Below, piece by piece: positions 25,681 to 31,393 of a stretch of 31,393 nt of DNA (its first letter is position 1; every line of letters starts with the position of its first letter). Under the pieces are notes generated by a model. That model ran no database searches. It was not told where the DNA came from and saw only the letters and a program-made list of their open reading frames with translations. Made by a program: the position numbers and the translations under genes. This DNA comes from a virus. Its lineage: Duplodnaviria; Caudoviricetes. Location of the stretch: positions 1-31,393 of the IMG/VR virus record IMGVR_UViG_3300013004_000122. One strand, 5' to 3'.

Positions 25681-27684
25681 ATGTTAGCAATCCTTTCACA
25701 ACCAGGCGACTTTGTTAAGATAACACAGGATACGCCTTTTCATTACGTTACAAATCTTACTGGGTGGTGCGATGACATCACAGGAACGGGTATCCTTAAA
25801 AAAGAATTTCGTTGGGGAACGTCAAACAGGGTAAGAGCTTCTTGGATAGAACTTACTAATCAAAATTTACAAGATGTTATTCTTGACCCCGCAAACGATC
25901 TATTTGTAGATTTTCGTATTACTCTTATTAGTGGTGGTCCTTCAACTATTAATAGCATAGAAGTTAACTGCAAACAATCTGCTGACGCAAAAGATCCGTA
26001 TTTAGGATTTGTACCTGTTATGTTAGTTTCTGAAAGAGGAAACATCAGTAACTTAACAAAAATTACCAACTTTACATTTAAGCCATACCAAGTTAATCCT
26101 GCGGTTACTTTATACCGAGAACTTGCATATACTATAAATCAAATGTTTGGGCATGATGTAATGTATGCTCGTGCTGTTCCTATGGCAATAGGTCGAGATG
26201 TTACTCTTCATGAATGGACTCTATATGATGTTGACGATCCTTTATGTATTAAAGTACTTGTACCCAATAATGAATTTCCTGATAACAAGATTTTGTTTAA
26301 TCCAATGGGTCTTGATTTTGAGATGCCATTTGAGGTTCAAATAGTTAAAGAATATTATGAACAACTATTTGGTATTGGCACTGGACCACAAAAACGTGAC
26401 ATTATCTATTTCCCATTAACTAACAGGATTTATGAAATAGAAAGTTCTTACTTGTGGAAAGATATTATGCAAAAAGAAGTCTATTGGAAAATAGCACTTC
26501 AGAAATATCAACCAAAATCTAATCGTTATGAACCGCAAGATCTTCGTGAAATGTTTAATACAATCACGCATGATACTGAAGAGAGATTTGGAGAAGAAGT
26601 TCAATTAGAAGCAATTCAAATAACAGACCCCCAGCAATATGATCCAAAGATTGGTTCTAATTATTATGACCCCACTCGTTTAAACTTTAATGATAACATA
26701 GTAATAACACAATTGAAATTATCAAATTATACAAACATACTTTCAGAATCACAATATGATTTAAGATCTGTGTATATTGCAGCAGCTGGTAATAACCAAC
26801 CAACCGCTATTGAGTACCGGTCAAATGTATTGTTTAATACAGAGGATGATAGATCTTTAAATATGTGGTTTAAAGAGCTAAAACCGTCTATCACGGTGTC
26901 AAGAGATAATGTAAAAGGATATCTTTCACTAGGTACAGCTGGTCTTGAAACTACACCTCTTACATTTACCATTGCACCAAAAAGAAATTATGCTGTTGGT
27001 TCTTATGTTAAAATTGCAAGGTTTAACGGGTTAGCTCTATACGGAGATGTTGTTAGCGTTACGCAAATTTCTGCAGGCTATGTTTATACGATTAACGTAA
27101 AGAATGAAATAGTTAATTATCTTAGTACATACTATACAAATTGGGCATCTTCTTCAACTAATACAGGCTATACGTTAGAGCCTATTACTGAACAAGTTTT
27201 ATTTGATGGTTATGGCGATGGTGCGGGTTGGAAAGTTTCTATATTTGCAAGTCGTTATATAATCTTTAAAGATTCCAGTAAAGAATACCTAAACATTCTT
27301 AGTACAAATCTTGTACAAGATTATTGGTATGGGTTATTTATGAATATGTCTAATTTCTATCGTCAATTATCAACCAATCTTTGGGTAAGAAAATGGAATG
27401 AAGAATCTCCACTCCCAGAACAGACAACAGATCTTGAAAATATATACTCAAATACTATAAGTAATTTTGAGACTATTAATCGTAGTAGCGTAGAAACTAA
27501 ATATAAATTACGGGGTGGAAATTTAGCAATGACCAACATTCGTTTATACGATAAAATAGAAACAGAATTAACAAAACAGTCTATTATGCTGAATGAAACA
27601 ATTGTACAAGATGCACAATTTGGAATTATTATTGATAACGCAATCCAACGCCTTCGCTTACCGTTTATTGGAAAAACTAAATAA
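25681..27684 (+). CDS. Neck/head-closure protein (gp14-like core) with N- and C-terminal beta-rich extensions
   Basis: INQMFGHDVMY...MGLDFEMPFEVQIVKEYYEQLFG...PQKRDIIYFPLTNRIYEI. The C-terminus has a LamG-like pattern (SLNMWF...WYGLFMN...NIRLYD). Confidence 0.6.
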   Translation: MLAILSQPGDFVKITQDTPFHYVTNLTGWCDDITGTGILKKEFRWGTSNRVRASWIELTNQNLQDVILDPANDLFVDFRITLISGGPSTINSIEVNCKQSADAKDPYLGFVPVMLVSERGNISNLTKITNFTFKPYQVNPAVTLYRELAYTINQMFGHDVMYARAVPMAIGRDVTLHEWTLYDVDDPLCIKVLVPNNEFPDNKILFNPMGLDFEMPFEVQIVKEYYEQLFGIGTGPQKRDIIYFPLTNRIYEIESSYLWKDIMQKEVYWKIALQKYQPKSNRYEPQDLREMFNTITHDTEERFGEEVQLEAIQITDPQQYDPKIGSNYYDPTRLNFNDNIVITQLKLSNYTNILSESQYDLRSVYIAAAGNNQPTAIEYRSNVLFNTEDDRSLNMWFKELKPSITVSRDNVKGYLSLGTAGLETTPLTFTIAPKRNYAVGSYVKIARFNGLALYGDVVSVTQISAGYVYTINVKNEIVNYLSTYYTNWASSSTNTGYTLEPITEQVLFDGYGDGAGWKVSIFASRYIIFKDSSKEYLNILSTNLVQDYWYGLFMNMSNFYRQLSTNLWVRKWNEESPLPEQTTDLENIYSNTISNFETINRSSVETKYKLRGGNLAMTNIRLYDKIETELTKQSIMLNETIVQDAQFGIIIDNAIQRLRLPFIGKTK

Positions 27685-27744
27685 GTGCAAACGTTTTTGG
27701 ATTTATGAAGAAGAGTGAATTGAACTATCTAAAACAAAATAATT

Positions 27745-28416
27745 ATGGCTAGAAAAATACCAGAAGAAAAAAAAGAAGAGATTAGACTACGTGATGAACT
27801 TGAAAAAATGTTACAAGATGGAATCGAGGATCTTCAGTTAAACATAGATAGCGCCCGAGACGTTTTACCCGCTCGAGAAGGTAATTTTATGGACTATGAA
27901 AAGGTGAAAACCTATGCTGATACAAAAGCGGATAACATAGTTGATTCGATATCGGAATTTTATTTAAGCATGGGAATCATAGAAGAGATTCCGTATGTTA
28001 AACAAAAAAGTGTGGTTGATAAAATCACAGTTTCTAATCTATTGTTCCAAATGAAAACAGCGGAACATGCTATCATTAAACTTCTTGAAGAGATTGACAA
28101 CGGTAATTTACATCCAAGAACCTTTGAGGTTCTTGCTTCACTTCAGCGTTCTAAGATGGAGATTGTAAAACACCTTGCACAATTTATGGTTATTATGGAA
28201 AATAACTATAAGAGTCTGAAAGAAGATTATCGAATTAAGAAAGCTGATGAGCCTATATCTATTAACGCTGAATATGATGAGAGCCCAAAAGCGGCTCATC
28301 AAGTACGCGGCACAAAACAAATGATAGAAATGTTAAGAGATGCTATACCGGAGAAACGAGCTACTTCAAATCCTAATGATACTATATCCGCAGAAAATTT
28401 AGGGGAAGATGTCTAG
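27745..28416 (+). CDS. Hypothetical helical protein, possible terminase small subunit
   Basis: Overlaps the terminase large subunit start; HPRTFEVLASL resembles the PRxxEV motif of gp16-like proteins. Confidence 0.5.
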   Translation: MARKIPEEKKEEIRLRDELEKMLQDGIEDLQLNIDSARDVLPAREGNFMDYEKVKTYADTKADNIVDSISEFYLSMGIIEEIPYVKQKSVVDKITVSNLLFQMKTAEHAIIKLLEEIDNGNLHPRTFEVLASLQRSKMEIVKHLAQFMVIMENNYKSLKEDYRIKKADEPISINAEYDESPKAAHQVRGTKQMIEMLRDAIPEKRATSNPNDTISAENLGEDV

Positions 28417-30220
28417 TAGAGGTAAGATATGGAATACTAAAAAGATTGATGAACAGATAGACCGAATAGAACGTGGTCTACCTGCTGATTATTCACCGTT
28501 CTTTGAAGGCAAGATTAATACAAAGGCACCAAACCTTGTATTTGAGTATACAAGAGATGAGCTTGAAGAACTAGCGAAATGCGCAGCTGACGTTACATAC
28601 TTTGGTAATAAGTATTGTTTCTCTATGACGGATGAGGGTATACGTAAAATTACTTTACGCCCATACCAAGAAGATATGCTTTCCGCATTTCAAGATAATC
28701 GATTCGTAGTAATGCTTGCTTCTCGTCAGATTGGTAAAACCGTTACATCGTCAATCTTTATTGCTTGGTATCTATGTTTTCACTCTGATAGAAATATCAT
28801 GGTTGTTGCAAATAAGTTAGCAACAACGTCTGAAATTGTTGATAAGATTAAAACAGTTTTAAATAACTTACCGTTCTATATGAAACCCGGTATTACAGCC
28901 GGTGGTGTTACAGGTATGCGTTTTGATAATGGTTGCCGTCTATTCTCTCAAGCAACTACCAAAACAGCAGCTATCGGATTTACCATTCACTTGCTATTTG
29001 CTGATGAGTTTGCTCATATTCATTCAAACTTCTTATTACCGTTCTATCGATCAATTTATCCTACGCTATCATCGTCTCAAATCTCACGAATCATTATATG
29101 TTCTACTCCAAATGGCATGAACTTATTCTACGAGATTTACCAAGGGGCGGTAGAACAGCGAAATAACTATTTCCCAATTCGTGTGGATTGGTGGCAAGTT
29201 CCGGGTCGTGATGAAAGTTGGCGAAAACGAGAGGTTGCCAACCTTGGTTCAGAAGAATTATTTAATCAAGAATACGGTAACCAATTCTTAGCATCTTCTA
29301 GATTACTATTTAATTCTCACACATTAATGTTGATGAAAAGAACAGCAAAAGAATTTGTATGCAAAGAAACTGATCCGTTTCTAGATTACCCTGACTTAAA
29401 TAATAACTTAAAGTGGTTACCAACATTTGATCCAGGAGATCCATATAATTTAGAGCAATCATTTGTTCTTGCTGTTGATATTGGTGATGGGGTTGGTCGT
29501 GACTTCTCGGTAATAAACATATTTCAGTTAACACCACAATCCATAGCAAGTGTTAGAAAAACTAGAGATTTTATCGATGAAACCAGCTTCTTTAGATTAA
29601 ACCAAGTAGGTATCTTTAGATCAAATGTACATTCAGTCGAAGAAATGTCTAAGGTATTGGAAATATTGACATTTGAATTATTTAATTACGACAAATGTAA
29701 AGTTGTATTGGAAATTAACTTTAAAGGAAATATAGTATTTGAAAAATTATCGAAGAATAGAGAATTTTATCCAGAAATTTTTTTATACACAAAACAATCA
29801 ATAGCAAACGATACTTTAAAACTGGGTGTTAAAATTCAAAAAGATAATCGTGAAACTTATTGCCGAGAATTAAGAACTTTGGTTAGAGATAAAAAGTTAG
29901 TATTAAATGAAACAAGAACATTTGATGAATTAAGTTCATTTGGTATTAATTCGGTTGGTAGATATGAATCTCAATTAGCACATGATGATGTTGCAATGAC
30001 TTGCGTAAATCTTGTTGCTTTATTTGAGTCAGCAGATTTCTATGAAATGGTAGAAGAAATTTATGATACTTCTTCGGAAATATATAAATTAGCAGTTGAG
30101 ACTAGAATGGCTCGAGGAGACAAAGTTGAAGACGAATTCTTATCAGCAATTAAAATGATTAAGGAATACGATGAACCAGCCTATCAACAACCGCAAAACT
30201 TTTTTAAATACAAAAAGTAA
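28409..30220 (+). CDS. gp17: Terminase large subunit (T4 gp17-like)
   Basis: LRPYQ, Walker A ASRQIGKT, Walker B LLFADEFAH, CSTPNG, FNQEY, nuclease VDIGDGVGRDFS and HDDVAM. No intein. Confidence 0.94.
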   Translation: MSSRGKIWNTKKIDEQIDRIERGLPADYSPFFEGKINTKAPNLVFEYTRDELEELAKCAADVTYFGNKYCFSMTDEGIRKITLRPYQEDMLSAFQDNRFVVMLASRQIGKTVTSSIFIAWYLCFHSDRNIMVVANKLATTSEIVDKIKTVLNNLPFYMKPGITAGGVTGMRFDNGCRLFSQATTKTAAIGFTIHLLFADEFAHIHSNFLLPFYRSIYPTLSSSQISRIIICSTPNGMNLFYEIYQGAVEQRNNYFPIRVDWWQVPGRDESWRKREVANLGSEELFNQEYGNQFLASSRLLFNSHTLMLMKRTAKEFVCKETDPFLDYPDLNNNLKWLPTFDPGDPYNLEQSFVLAVDIGDGVGRDFSVINIFQLTPQSIASVRKTRDFIDETSFFRLNQVGIFRSNVHSVEEMSKVLEILTFELFNYDKCKVVLEINFKGNIVFEKLSKNREFYPEIFLYTKQSIANDTLKLGVKIQKDNRETYCRELRTLVRDKKLVLNETRTFDELSSFGINSVGRYESQLAHDDVAMTCVNLVALFESADFYEMVEEIYDTSSEIYKLAVETRMARGDKVEDEFLSAIKMIKEYDEPAYQQPQNFFKYKK

Positions 30221-30253
30221 GTAGTATCTTAAAAAATCTGATGGATTCAACAA

Positions 30254-30261
30254 GATATATA
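30254..30261 (+). promoter_or_regulatory. Putative late promoter (GATATATA)
   Basis: Recurrent motif in the intergenic region before the tail sheath gene. Confidence 0.5.
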
Positions 30262-30311
30262 CTACGGATTGAATAAAAAGACAATCAAAGAAAAAATAAC
30301 TAAAAAGCAGA

Positions 30312-31393
30312 ATGGCCAAAATCACACTTGATCTTAACAGGTTTAAGGCATCTGGTGTCTACACAATCGAGTTTGACGCTTCAGAAAGAATCGTTGTATC
30401 TACACAGACTATCCGTCTTGTTGTAGGTTTCTCTCGTAAAGGACCTTTTAATGGACCAGTATTCCTACGCGATGTTGCTACATCACGTAAAGTATTTGGA
30501 TCTATTGATTCTTTCCTTGAAAAGAGAGGCTCATTTTTTCACCGAGCTCTTGAAACTTGTTTACAGACAGCACCAGTATTCGGTTTAAATCTTTTACCGT
30601 TAAATGATACTCCAGTAAATGAAGGCGGAGACGCTGTAGATTACCGTTCTTTTGCACTTGCTGCAAACGAATCAAACGGTAGTTTAACTAGAGCGTTACT
30701 ATCGTCGTTCTATAATAAAGAACGCTTCTGGTTCCCAGACGAAGAATATCTACAAGCTACTGTTGATAGCAAACCGGCTAACCGCGGTAGATTGTTTAAC
30801 TTTGTAAACCTCGGGCAAGAAGTACAAAGCATAATCATTCGCAAGTCTGATAATGCTGCATTATATAATGTTACAGCAGATGATTATTATGGAAGAGGAA
30901 ACGTTCCGGCGTTTATTCAACCAAATGATTTCTTGTCTGATTACTTTGTAGATGTTTACGTTGTTAGAGGAGACTGGACTAACTTACAACTTCTTTCACA
31001 AGATCCATTGTATTCTAAATACTTTGACCTTCGTGGTGCTAAAGTTGATAAGTTCTTTGAGTTCTTAGGACTTGATGGAATTACATTAACAGGTTCTTTC
31101 ACAGGAACTATCATTCCTGATTTCATTGATAACAACGGTGCTAACCAATCAATCAATGTAATCCTTAATTCTGCGGTTGCATTAACTGGTATCTTCTGTG
31201 ATTTGAATAAAGATGCCTTTGATGATTACGAAAATTCAACATATAAAGTTGATATGGTTGGTAACAGCTTAATCAACACTACTGATGATATTATTGATTT
31301 TTTATCATATAACACACCAATTAAATCTATCTTATCATACACTGGTACTTTACCAACTACAACTGGTGGATTTGATCCAACTGTTCAGAATAC
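30312..31393 (+). CDS. gp18: Contractile tail sheath protein (gp18-like), partial, runs off the window
   Basis: Not in the ORF track. ATG at 30312 gives MAKITLDLNRFKASGVYTIEFDAS...LVVGFSRKGPFNGPVFL...VFG, the typical sheath N-terminus. Confidence 0.85.
   Translation, partial: MAKITLDLNRFKASGVYTIEFDASERIVVSTQTIRLVVGFSRKGPFNGPVFLRDVATSRKVFGSIDSFLEKRGSFFHRALETCLQTAPVFGLNLLPLNDTPVNEGGDAVDYRSFALAANESNGSLTRALLSSFYNKERFWFPDEEYLQATVDSKPANRGRLFNFVNLGQEVQSIIIRKSDNAALYNVTADDYYGRGNVPAFIQPNDFLSDYFVDVYVVRGDWTNLQLLSQDPLYSKYFDLRGAKVDKFFEFLGLDGITLTGSFTGTIIPDFIDNNGANQSINVILNSAVALTGIFCDLNKDAFDDYENSTYKVDMVGNSLINTTDDIIDFLSYNTPIKSILSYTGTLPTTTGGFDPTVQN

Noticed and set aside
28409-30220. Intein in the terminase Walker A region
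   Set aside because: ASRQIGKT is uninterrupted and the length is normal.
1120-31156. All minus-strand ORFs and short nested plus-strand ORFs in the track
   Set aside because: They lie within well-supported + strand genes, have Ser/Phe/Ile-rich shadow composition and show no recognisable motifs.
1-31393. Stop-codon reassignment, tRNAs or CRISPR arrays
   Set aside because: Genes are full length in code 11 and end in TAA, TAG and TGA. Intergenic gaps are short, and I saw no cloverleaf or repeat-spacer pattern.

Overview
An AT-rich, densely coding window, with all credible genes on the + strand, from a large T4-like (myovirus) phage using the standard genetic code. The host is probably a Bacteroidota: starts are A-rich without Shine-Dalgarno sequences, and there are two TTTG-N20-TAnnTTT(G/A) promoters. 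Replication and recombination genes (topoisomerase II gp52-like, ClpP-like protease, probable sliding clamp, C-terminal half of a family B DNA polymerase, UvsX/RecA, gp41 helicase, gp47/gp46, clamp loader, RNase H/FEN, DEDDh exonuclease) are interleaved with late and virion genes (gp15-like, gp55 sigma, gp4, gp2, portal, gp14-like, terminase, tail sheath). Most notable: (1) the helicase gene is fractured by an atypically split intein (43-aa IntN, 134-aa IntC) with a free-standing Vsr-like homing endonuclease gene between the halves, and it appears to start at ATC; (2) a likely programmed -1 frameshift at TTTAAAAAAAAAG extends a 528-aa late protein to about 735 aa; (3) the DNA polymerase is split at the fingers with no intein; (4) three distinct promoter classes can be read from the intergenic DNA. 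All calls come from motif recognition by eye, not database searches.
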